Shown here in pieces: positions 39,201 to 51,922 of a stretch of 64,000 nt of DNA; within the stretch, counting starts at the first letter, position 1, and the number at the start of each line of letters is the position of its first letter. Position numbers and translations under genes: made by a program. The stretch comes from Paraspadella gotoi (taxonomy: Eukaryota; Animalia; Chaetognatha), in NCBI GenBank assembly GCA_051294375.1, contig CM119263.1, forward strand, positions 31,603,476 through 31,667,475, read 5' to 3'. The notes beneath the pieces are model-generated. The model did not search any database. It had not been told where the DNA came from and was given only the letters and a program-made list of their open reading frames with translations.

Positions 39201-42200
39201 AGAAAAATTTCATAATATATCTAGAGCTATGCAAGTTTTTTAACAAAAAATTTCTGCAACCCAATTTTTAGAGTTTAGAGTATTTATTTGAAAAAAAAAT
39301 TTTCCTTCCCCCTTCTTCTTTTTTTTTTTTCCCTCCCCCCCCTTTCCTTTTTCCGTTTTGTTGTTGTGAGAGAGATTTTTTTCAAATAAATAATCCTAAA
39401 CCTCTTAAAAATGGGTCAAAATTTTTTGGTGTAAAACACTTGCATAGCTCTAATATATTGAAATTTTTTCTAAAATTTTCCTAACTTGTACTTTCAAGAG
39501 GGTTTGTAAACTTCTTGTAGAAATATGTTACTATAAAAAAATTTTTTTGCCATTTTATCAGTGCTGATCATTTTTGATGGGTCATTTTATTCAATTTGAT
39601 GCATAACTTCCTTATTTGTTAATATTATGGTTTTAAATTTTAGTAAATAAGTGGCCTGGGTAGTCCTGCATTGCATATAAACTTTCAGTCATTTTAAAAA
39701 AACTTTGACAGCCAAATTTTTTTTACAAATTTCCAATGTCAATCTGCTAAAAAATATTAATGCAAATATTTTATTCTTGCCTATAAATCAGTAAAACATA
39801 TGTCAAAATAACCTAAAGCAAAAAAATTTTTCTCAACCATTTTTAAAAAATCATTTGCTATTGTTGCATTTTAATCAATTTTCAATTTTTTTTAACTAAA
39901 AAGTAACCATTTTTAAAAATTTTTGGTTGACGATAGTATACATCAAACCTTTACAAAGTATACCATCAAACCTAATTTTTAAAAATTTTAAATATTTTTA
40001 ATATTTTTAAAATATAATAAAAATATATAATTTTAATAAGCATTCTGCTAACTTTTTCAATGTGGGCATCATTGCAAAAGATGGGCAACTCGAGGATTCT
40101 AAATATTATAAAAAAAAAAAAATTTTTCTTTACCAAATTTAATGTCCCAAAGCTGAGATGAATTCTTTTTAAGTGGTCAAAAAATTAAAAAAACACTACT
40201 TTTAAGACCTTTATAAAAAATGCGGCTTGATAGCTTTGTCAATACATTGGCAATTTAGGTTCAAGAATTGTCATATTTTTAGGTAGTTGACATGTCCTGG
40301 AATAAAAAAGAAATATTATAGTAGATTCCTCAATCGATTTTTAAATTTGCAGAACATTTTACCTTTTTTTTACCAAGTTTTTAGAGTACGCTAAATGTTT
40401 CTCTGATTACACAAAATAGAAATTGAAAAATAAAAATTTTTAGTACAAATAGTTGGTGTTTATGTTTGAAAATTAGAAGGAAAAAAAAACTCGTTTAAAA
40501 AATTTGATCTGGAACAGGGTAACTAAGACTTACAATGCAATCGTCCGAGCCAATCGTTCTTTCAAAAATTTTTTTATTTAATACACTTTTGAAGGGAAAA
40601 AAGAAAAAGTCGGAATGCTGGTGGCATGAAAGTACAAATATCTGGACATCGTGACTTGATAATCATGACCGTTTTTGTCTTGGGTAATGCGGGGCAGTAA
40701 AATAACCTTAAAAAATTTAATCATTAAGTCAATCAATCAACCCTTCAAATTAGGTTGTTTCTGCGAAATTTTTAGGAAAGAAAAAAACTTTTTAGTGAAG
40801 AAAAAAATTCGCGGAACAGTGCGATTTGAAAGGTGGTGAGTTGATGACTTAATGATTTGAATTTTTTGGGTCTTATTTACTGCCCCCATTACCCAAGACA
40901 TAAAAGGTCAGATTAATCAAGTCCACGATGTCCAGATTATTTGGTACCTTTTCATGCCACCAGCATTCCGACTTTTTCTTTTTTTCCCTTTAAATGTATT
41001 AAATAACAAAAAATTATTTGACAAGAACGAATTGGCTTTTATTGGACGATTGCCTTGGTAAGTTTAGTTACCCCTGTTCCAGATCAAGATTTTTAACGAG
41101 GTTTTTTTCCTTTCTATTCAAACATAACACCAACTATTGGTACTAAAAAATTTCTTATTTTTCAATTCTATTGTGTAATCAGAGAAACATTTAGCGTACT
41201 CTAAAAACTTTGGTAAAAAAGTAAAATGTTCTGCCAAATTTAAAAATCGATTGAGGAATCTACATAACATTTCTTTTATTCCCTGGACATTCATACCTCA
41301 AAATATGAACAATGTCTTGACCTAATTGCCAAGTATTGAAACAAAGCTATCATAGCCGCATTTTTTTATAAAGGTTTAAAAAGTAGTGTTTTTTTAATTT
41401 TTGACCCATTTGAAAAGAATTATCTCAGTTTGGTCGGACATTAAATTTGGTTTTAAAAAAAATCTATATATTTAGAATCCTCGAGTTGCCCTCTTTTCAA
41501 TGATGCCCACAGTTTGAAAAAGTTAGCAAGAATTGCTCATTAAATTATAATTTTTATTAATATTTAAAAAAGATTATAAAAATATTTAAAATTTATGTTA
41601 AAAATTAGGTTTGATGGTATATTTTGTAAAAGTTTGATGATATACTATCGTCAAACCAAAAAATTTAAGGAAATGGATTACTTTTAGGTTTAAAAAAAAT
41701 TGAAAAATTGATAAAATGCAACAATATGCAAATGAGTTTTTAAAAATTTTTTGAGAAAAAATTTTTGCTTTAGGCGTTATTTTTGAATATGTTTTAACTG
41801 ATTTATAGGCCGAAAGTAATAACAATATTTGCATTAAGATTTTTGCAGGATTGATCAATTGAATTTGTAAAAATAATTTTGGCCTGTGCCAAAGAAAGTT
41901 TTTAAAATGACTGAAATTTTACTATGCCAATGCAGGGACACCCGAAGGCCCACTTATTACTTAAAGATTTAAAACCATAATATTCACAAATTAAGGGAAG
42001 TTATGCATCATTGAAAAAAATTGACCCATCAAAAATATCAGCACTGATAAAAATGCAAAAAAAATTTTTATAGTAACAATATTTCTACAGAAGTTACAAA
42101 CCCTATTGAGTACAAGTTAGCAAAATTTTAAGAAAAAAATTCTAAATATATTTAGAAGCTATGCAAGTTTTTAACAAAAAATTTTGACCAATTTTTAAGA

Positions 42201-42350
42201 GGTTTAGGATTAATTTTTTTGAAAAATTCTAAAATGGGCAATAGCCAGACATCCAGACAACTTTCCTATAAAAGGACCTAAAGCCATTTATCCTATAAAT
42301 GGAAAAGTTATTACATGTACAGACTTTACGACATTCTAGTTTCCGTTACG
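36291..42350. mobile_element. Foldback/long-TIR non-autonomous DNA transposon (~1.5 kb arms, ~90 bp spacer), read twice in opposite directions
   Basis: Four alternating copies of one AT-rich arm: ~36291-37830, 37915-39290, 39380-40750, 40825-42350. The spacers at ~37835-37915 and ~40750-40825 are reverse complements. The terminus TA|CAGTTACCGG joins TG-A intron 17 sequence. Confidence 0.7.
39301..39376 (+). other. PacBio SMRTbell adapter remnant at the read turnaround
   Basis: ..TTCCGTTTTGTTGTTGTGAGAGAGAT resembles the adapter end CCGTTGTTGTTGTTGAGAGAGAT and lies at the symmetry centre of 36138-42500. Confidence 0.85.
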
Positions 42351-44037
42351 TACAATTACATAATCATTATTTTATTTATTATATTATCTATTATTATTTT
42401 TATTAATACCAATAATTAAGCTTCTCTATCTCTTAATAATCTCTTCCACACCCTATTTTTATCTCCCTCTTCCAGAGACCTTCCTCCGGCAAACGATTCA
42501 TCCTCACTGCATCGAAGCCAGACCAAGAAGGAAAGGAAAGCGAGAGATCGTGGCTTCGTTTAGGTCTGAAGAATGAGCAGCCAGCAGCGGCCATTGATGT
42601 GGAGTGGATGAGATAGAGAGAAAGAGGGAGAGGAAAAAAGAAAGAGAGAGTGGGGAACGATCATAAGTTGCAGGAGTGCGTTCAAAACCAAATAAAATTT
42701 CGGGCAATCTAATTTTTTTTAATTATTGAGGCGAATTACCCTGTTGCGTATAGTATCAGAACAATTTAAATCGGGATTTACAATGTGTTTGTTTTAAACT
42801 GAATATTTCCGTCAAAGTGGCTTTTTTCCCTTCGCTTAACTATTTCTCTAATTCAAGACAAAAAATAAGACTGCCATGATTAAAGCTTTTTATTACAATT
42901 TAATCAATGAAGCATGTCATTATTATTGTTAGGATTATTATTTTGTTTTTTGTGTGCTTACATTAAACATTGCTTTACAGAATTGTTTTAATTAGTTCAT
43001 ATTTCAGTACTAAACTTTCTTGGCGTAGGTCGATAAAACAGTAGTACTTATGTTAAATGAAGTGTTTGTGACATTATTTGATAATAATTTGATAGAGATG
43101 AAGGAAGAATTTTATAATTCATCATCTTCGACTTCCATTTGATCGTCACTAACCAGTTATATTAACTGGTTAACCGGTTAACCAGTTGCTTTGTCATCCT
43201 GACCTTGGTAAATGATGTTTGTCTTGAATACTAATTTTACACTATTTCACGCAAAGAAATCATGTTTAGCTAGAAAAACAGAGAAGTACATATTATCAGC
43301 AAATTTTATATCAATATTATTTTAATTTTAGTTAAAGACAGTTCCCGTTAATCTATATTATTTAACCTACTTAACAGATCTGGTCAGGTTTTCCCCAAAT
43401 CAGCTTAAGTTGGAAATTCTGCTTTAAAGAAAGAAATTGTCAAACCGGCGAAACAGTTTTCTAATTTATATTTTTCATTCTCTTTTGTATTTCTGCATTT
43501 TAAAAAATTTATTGTAATAGTTTTTATATTTCGGAACGTTTTTTCTTGAAGTTGCTTACAATTAATAATTTCATCCTCTTAAATTAAGTGAAGAAGGTAA
43601 CTTGTTCATCTTCTAAAATTAATAATTAATAAAGCGTTCATTTCATAACCTAACCTTATCGCTAACCCTAATCCTTAACCGAATCTTAAACCTTAATCAC
43701 TAACCCTTATCTTTAACCGAATCTTAAACTTTAAACCTTAAATCTCTTAAAAAAACTTAATTGCTGGACCTAAGGAGAAATTAAGCGCTTTATGAAATTA
43801 TGTTAACAAAACGGTTCAATTTCATTTACATATTATAGAAGTAACAGATTATTTCTCACATATTTTGATTCGGTTTTCTTAGAATTCATACTTTACTACT
43901 TCAGCCATACTTTTACTATGGTTTGATGATAATTTGTTTTCTAATTAATATTTAGATATTTCATTGACGTGTGTATGCATCGGTCATAACAATTAGTATT
44001 TAATTTTTAACGTGTACGATTTGGATCACGTGACCAG

Positions 44038-47000
44038 ATGGCTTATCTCCCTCGTCTTCGTCGGCGTCGAGATAAGGAGGAGGAAGAGGAAGAGGAGCCG
44101 AAAATAGGTAACGAGGGTTGGACAGATGGCGAGGACGGACTGATTTATGGACGGACATACATACATACATTGTTTCAGCTTCGGTTTAATTTTACAATTG
44201 TTTTATTTTGACGGACTTTCCCGACGACCGATAATCCAACGGGTTTTTAAATGTGTATCTAAATTAAATAATTGGCGGCGAGGATTAAAACCAATTTCAA
44301 TTTGTTTCAAAACAAACAAAGATTAATAAAATGATTTAAAAAGCAACGTGAAAACGTTATACGTCGCGGCTTGCGAGGCAACTGCCTCTGACCTTTTTCT
44401 AAATTTCAAACATTAAAAATAAGCAAGATAATCGCTTTCTTAAACGTCTTTATTATCGTCGTCTCTTCGTTCCGTGGCGAAATCGGGAAACTTGGGACTC
44501 GGATGTCGAAATTCTCTTCCGTCGGACGTCCAGCCGTCCTGCCCCAACGGCGACGCTCGCGTTGGCCACCGCGTTCTTATACATACATACATAAATACAC
44601 ACATACATACATATTGAAATCCATTTTCATCTAATTTCTATTTAATTTTTATTGATTCAAGTCGAGAAGAAAGAATTCCTGTTGATCGAAACAGTGAATC
44701 TTCATTATGGAGAAAATCGAAGGAAACACAATTCAGACGAATACGAAAATAGAGGTAAAGATTTAATTATTAACATTTAATTATTACACTTTGGGCATAA
44801 AAATCTACATATTTCATATAGAAAGATATTTTTGACCCATTTTTTGATTATTTTAACAAGATCTCCTCGTCGTGCGCAGAGGCGATTCCGTCAAAATCAC
44901 TGTGCAATGCAATCGAAAACCAGAAGGAAGAGAAGAAATTTGGTTTCGTTTGGCTTACGGTGATTCATTCGTTAGGCTTATATTTTTTTGACACAACTCG
45001 ATCTGATATAAAAAAAATTGAATTGAATTTAAAAATCAAATTATTAAATAAATTTAAATAAATAAATGTATTAGTCATTATTTCCGTTCCCCTTTAATTA
45101 TTCTGAAGGCGAGATTCCAAAATTAAGCAAAGGAACTTTGGTAGAGGTGACGTCATCAAAGAAGAGAGAAGTTGATGCTGATTGGTGGATCGAAGAAGAG
45201 AAATCCGATACTGAAAGGTGATTGGCTATTTGAAGAAGAGAAGGGCTATATTGAAATGTGATTGGTTGTCAGATAAAGAAAGGTGATTGGCTGTTGGATG
45301 AATAGAGAAAGCAGATACTGAAAGATTTTTGAAAAAGATCGGGGGTTCTGAAGAGCTACTCTTACAATATGCTCAAACAAGAGACAAGTAACGTTGTCAT
45401 TTTGTGATAAGTAGCAATGTTCGTTTTGCAATACAAGGTGGCAAATATGCAGATAAGAGAAAGCCTATGGTGTTAGTTTTTAATTGGTGATATATCTGGA
45501 TTTAACATTTGAGACATTTAAAGAACTAATGATAAAAATGTAACCTTCTGAAATGATTTCTCCCAGCATTACCTATCATCTTCATATTCCGCCAACTGCT
45601 CCGGTCGCTCGTTATAATTTGACTGTCGATTCATGGGTCATTGAAAATTCGAAATACGTCAAGAAATCCAGTTGGCCTAAACCTAAGACTGAAAAAGTTG
45701 GAGTGGTTGTTCTTTTTAATCCCTGGTGCAGAGACGACCAGGTGAGATGTCATGTTATGTCACAAGTCCATGCCATATCGTTAATAATAGCGTCATGAAA
45801 AACTTATTGACAAATTCATTTATTTATTCCAAGCATATAAAAGATTGCACTGGAATGAAGTTGGTTCAAACCAATATAAAAATTAACTGTTTTTTCAATA
45901 AATATAGCTACATTGTATTGCCTTTGGACAGTCTGATTGGTCAGTAGAATTACAATCAAAAAAGTCTTTGAAATATCAGAGATGTGGGACGCGATCCGGA
46001 AAGCGTAAGCGAACACACTGTGGAAGCGCGCCGATTTTTGAAGAACCCGAAACCGGGAGCGATAGAAAAATTAAGAATAAAGGATTGAACCCGGAAGCTA
46101 TAATAACCCTGCGTGTTCGCTTCCTGGTCATTTGTTTTTATTGGTTAGAAATGAAAGGTATTTAATGTATTAAAATCTTTGCAACCCCCTGCTCTTTCTT
46201 GATTTTTTCTTTTAAAATTTGTTTTTAATATTATTTTTCAACATTTAAAATTGTTTTGTTCTTAATTTTTTTTTTTCACTTTTTCTTATTCTCTTTTTTA
46301 TTATTTTGTTTTCTTTTATTCTCTTTTCCTCTTTGGTCGAGAATCTATGAAAAAAATTACATATTTATTTTTTTAATTATTCTTTTTAATATATTCGAAT
46401 AAAATCTGAGCTGAAAAAAAGATTTTTTCTATCTGAAAAAAACTGTAATTAAGTTAAATTAAACTTTTTTTAATTCTATAAAACTAAAAATTTTATTTCT
46501 TATATTTTTATTATTTTTCTTTAAATTTAAGTCTCTTTTTTTTTTAAATCCATAACGTTTTTCATGTTACAAACAAGTTTTAAACCAAAAGGATGATCTG
46601 TTTTATTGGCAATATTGCATAATATTATGCTTATACATACTTAAATCTCTAACATACTCTCTCTCTCTTCTTTCTTTTTTCCCCTCTTGCACTGAACAAA
46701 AAAAGCAAATAAAAAAAATATATAAAATAAATAAATCAAAATTATTAATAAACAAGTTTGAGCAAACAATGCCGGATCTGCCCACGATCATTAGCGGTAA
46801 TTAATTGATTAATTAATTGAAAAAAATAAATTATTTATTTAATTACATATTAATTAATTAAAATAATAACATCGAACATTTGGTTTTTTCTCAAGCCACA
46901 TGTACAATACTAGTTATTATTATTATTTTTTATCATTTTTACTTTTTTACTGTTTTTGATAATACCAGAGGTTTTTTTATCACAAAAACACGCCTCAAAT

Positions 47001-50000
47001 TTTTCTATAAATTTTTGTTTTGAGTCACCGCAAACATTATAAAAATATTTAATTGATTAATTTAGAGAAAGCAAAGATTTCTAATTTGTAACAACGATTT
47101 TTAATTAATAGTTTACATGTTTCGGCTTGTTTACTTCAAGCCTTCATCAGCATATGACATTCAATAATAAATTTGTGTAAAAGAAGAGTGTGAGAGAGAG
47201 AGAAAAAGAGAGAGAGAGGGTAAAAGTTTTTCCAACAAAGTGGTGAGACAGAATAGTGGTCAGATGTAAGGACAGGTTGAAGGTTAGGGCAGATTGAGTG
47301 AGTTGTGAAAAGAAGTGAAACTTGTTAAAGAGAGAGAGAGAGTGAGAGAGAGAGAGAGAGAAACAAAACAACAGGGATAAATAAATAATAAAGATACATT
47401 TTTGCAATGTACAACAAAGAATAAAGGAGTTTAATTAACCACGACAATGATAATATCGACGATGACAAATTGATTGATTGCTTAATTTTTTGATTGATTG
47501 AATATTTGATTAATTGATTGAATAATTAACTGATCAGTTCTGGCATTGTTAGCTCAAACTTGTTTGTTTTTTTGTCTTTTCATTATGACAAATGAAATGA
47601 CTACCCTGATGATGATTATGATGACAACGAGGATAGCACCATGATTAATTGAATGATTGATTGATCAAATAAAATAAATTCATATCAGGCCTGTTAATTT
47701 TTAGGTCTTTTTGTCAGGTCACTGACCAGGACAAAAGCAACAACGACGTTGGAGATGACAATGATAACACTGACATTGTTTAATTGATTGATTAATTAAT
47801 TGATTAATTAATTAATTGGTTCTTGGTTTTTTTGTTTTTTCATTTAAACTCAGTTCCACTCGAACGATTCTTACAATTTTACAAATCTTACAATTTTTCA
47901 TAGTAAAAATTTCACTTGTTAACAAAAAGATTGTTTAAAATTATTCTACAAATGAATTACATGTCTAAAGAGAATATTTTTATAAATTATAACAAATGTA
48001 AAATTTCTAAAGGAAGGAAGCGATGTGCACTCGAAACCGAAAGCGATCCGGGCTAAAAAAGTAGGGATTGCACCCGAAAACGGGAGCGGGAGGGGTCTTG
48101 GAAGCGCCGGATTGGCAGCGGCGGAAAAATCGATCGCTTCCACATCTCTGAAATATTATACCAATTCATTGATAGGGAAGCCAAAGCCTGTCCAAAATCA
48201 GGGGCAAGATAGCTTGTTTATTAAATAAATGGATATTTTTATATTTGTAGTACCAAATTCATGAATAAAAAAAAAACAAAAACAAAATGACAATCGACTC
48301 TCAGGTTTTTCTTGAAGAGGAAGAGGAGCGACAAGAATACGTTTTAAACGACGATGGAAGACTCTGGGTCGGAAGTCCAGAGACCTCGAGGTTTTGGGCC
48401 TTTGCTCAATTTGATGAGGACTGTTATGAGGTGAGACACTGGGTCGGAAGTCCAGAGACCTCATTGGGCCATTGCTCAATTTTATGAGGACTGTTATGAG
48501 GTGAGACCCTTGGTCAGAAGTCCAGAGACCTCCAGGTTTTGGGCCTTTGCTCAATTTGATGAGGACTGTTATTAGGTGAGACTCTGGTTCGGAAGTCCTG
48601 AGACTTCGAGGTTTTGGGCCTTTGCTCAATTTGATAAGGACTGTTATTAGGTGAGACTCTGGGTCGGAAGTCCTGAGACCTCGATGTTTTGGGCCTTTGC
48701 TCAATTTGATGAGGACTGTTATTAGGTGAGACACTGGGTCGGAAGTCCAGAGACCTCAAGGTTTTGGGCCTTTGCTCAATTTGATGAGGAATGTTATGAG
48801 GTGAGAAAAGGAAAAGGGTTAAGGTTAAGGATTAGGTTTGTGATTTTGTTTGGTAAATTTGGTAAAGATAGTAGAAAAGGAAATCATGATTTTCAATTCA
48901 AAATCCTAATTTTCAATTCAAAATCCTAATTTTCAATTCAGGCGGCACTCGACGTAATGGGATATTTTTGTTTCGAAAGTCGAAGCGACTCTGCGCTAAT
49001 TTGCAGATATTTTAGTCATTTGGTAATAATCTTAGCAAATGTTATTTTTAGAATTATTTTTCTTACTAAAAACGCAAATATAATAATCCTATTAATAATA
49101 GACTTAAACATTGTTTTCAGGTGGCAAAGTTAATCCTTCAGGGAAGATGGGATAATCGTTATGATCCTTTCTCTCGACCAAACGATTGGACAGGGAGCGA
49201 AAAAATTCTCAAAACTTTTAGAAGCAAAATGGTTGGAATTTATTAATTGGATTGCATTTAAAAATGTTTTTGCTTATTTAAATTAAATATTCTAATTTAA
49301 TGGCTTAAAAACTTTTATTTATGTTAAATTAACTAATTTTCTTAGTCATATCGCTGTTTAATAATAAAACTCTTTTGATACAATATTATTATTTTTTTTT
49401 CATCTAGAAAAACGAGGATGAAGATGCAACAGTAAAATATGGTCAATGTTGGGTTTTCTCTGCCGTCAGCACAACACTGTGCAGAGCGCTGGGTGAGAAT
49501 CATTCTAGAGATTTTATTGAAAAAATGTCGCTTTGTAATTTTAATGTTAATTCTCTATTAAGTTACTATTCGCTACCAGGAATCCCCTGTAGATCCGTGA
49601 CCAATTTCGAATCTGCTCACGACAAAGATCAAAGTATCTCGATCGACAAACATTTCGATGTGAAAGGAAAACCATTGGAATTTCTTAATCATGACGAAGT
49701 GTGGAATTTTCACGTGTGGAACGAAGCCTGGATGAAGAGAACGGATTTACCAGGTGGGGGAGATTGACTGGCGGGCCTGATAAGAAGGCCTGGATAAAGA
49801 GATGGAATTTACCAGGTGGGAAATATTAACAGGCGGGCCTGATAAGAAGGCCTGGATGAAGAGAACGGATTTAGCAGGTAGGGAAGATTGACTGGCGAGC
49901 CTGATAAGAAGGCCTGGATGAAGAGAAGGGATTTGTTAGGTGGGGAAGTTTGACAGGCGGGCCTGATAAGAAGGCCTGAATAAAGAGAAGGGATTTTCCA

Positions 50001-51888
50001 GGAGGGGAAATGGACAGGCGGGCCTGATAAGAAGGCATGGATGATGAGAAAGGATTGTTTAGGTGGGGGAGATTGACAGGCGGACCTGATAAGAAGGCCT
50101 GGATGAGGAGAAGGGATTTGCCAGGTGGGGAAATGGACAGGCAAGCCTGATAAGAAGGTCTGGATGAAGTGAAGGGATTTACCAGGTGGGGTAGACTGAT
50201 ATGAAGGCTTAGATAAAAATTATATGAGGATGAAATAACGAATAAATGAATTAGGACAAAAGAAGATATATTTAAAAAAGAAAGTAAGAAAATGTTATTT
50301 TTAAGGACATCTCATGCACAGGGAGGTTGAAATAGATAACAATTCACTGTGGAATTTGTAAGTGCAATATTCTTTTTTGCATTTTAAATTGCCTTTAAAT
50401 ATGATTCCACAACCTGAATTGAAATGTTGGAAGAAAATATAACGCACTTGAAAATCCCACAGTGAACTTGTAATCACTGTTAGTTTTAGTCATAAAGACT
50501 CACTAATTCAATAAAATGCTCTCTCTTACCTTCTTTTTCTTTGCCGCATCTGTTTTTACATTAAATACATTAAATACATTAAATATATTTTCTATACTAG
50601 CTGGTTACGACGGTTGGCAGGCGTTCGACGCAACGCACCAAGAGATCAGCGATTTGGGAGGACAATTCGCTTGCGGTCCATGTCCCCTTTCTGCCATCAA
50701 GAAGGGGGAGTTGCATATTCCCTTCGACGCAAAGTTCATATTTTCTGAGGTAGATGTCGCTTTTGCCTTTGTTCAATGTTATTTTTTTTTGTATGTTTGT
50801 TGAAATTGTTGAAACAGTACGTGCAGTTTACCGTACACAAGAACATGCATAAATTAGATGGTTTACAACTCGAAACAAATCGAATAGTAATTTAACAAAA
50901 CTGGAGAAAAAACGATCAACAATCTTCATTCATTTCAAAATTTTCGGCACTATTATCCGGGAGTGCCCCTTTTCTGTTCGTTTTTCGAATTTGAGATAAA
51001 ATTGGGCGTTCAGGTAAATAAACATTCATTCACAAACTTAATTAAACAAAGATATCTTAATGTTCATATGTCCATTTTTGTCTCTCTCGCCTAAATACTT
51101 AAAATTTAAATTACTTTATTATCAATACTAATTCTTGATAATGATAGCTATCTCGCAATATTAGGTCAACGGAGACAAGTGTGATTGGGTCAAAAATTAT
51201 TTGGGGAAATTCGATTTAGTTAAAGTCGAACATTCGGCGATTGGAACCGCGATTATGACGAAAGACATTGGAAGGTGGAATCATCAAGGGGTCGACATCA
51301 GGTTAATAATGGGTTAATTGGGCTAATGCTAATGTAATCCAAATTACATTCATGAGATAGAATCACCAAGAAGGTTGATATCAAGTTGTAATGTTATCAA
51401 TTTTAAATGAGCCATTTCTATTAATGCACTATTTATAGAATTACCATTTGATAATACATTCATTGATTAATTTTCACTTATCGATTGTTAGGAGCCTTTA
51501 CAAATATGAAGACGGATCAGTCGAAGAAGCTCAAGTCTTGAACCGCGTTTACGGACACAGCTCAAAAAGAAACAAACTCCTGGCCACCAGAGTTGAAAAC
51601 AAGGTTGTGTCTTTTGAATTTATTATAGACAGTTTGAGTTTAGTTTTGACAACGATTTCATTTAATTCAAAAACAGACATGTTTCGGCTTCATTTCAAGC
51701 CTTCATCAGCGTTAGTGAACTTTGAAAATATTTTTGTGTAAGGAAGAGAGAAAGAGAGATAAACAGAGAGAGAGAGGGCAAAGTTTCCAACACAGAGTTT
51801 AGAAAAGGACAGTGGTCAATTGGTGAGGACAGGCTGAAGTTGAGAAAAAAGACAGAGTAAGTTGTGAAAAGAAGTGAAATGGTGAAAA

Positions 51889-51922
<34 letters not shown>

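Noticed and set aside
48198-48759. 178-aa and 81-aa repetitive minus-strand ORFs
   Set aside because: Antisense readings of the 75-bp array.
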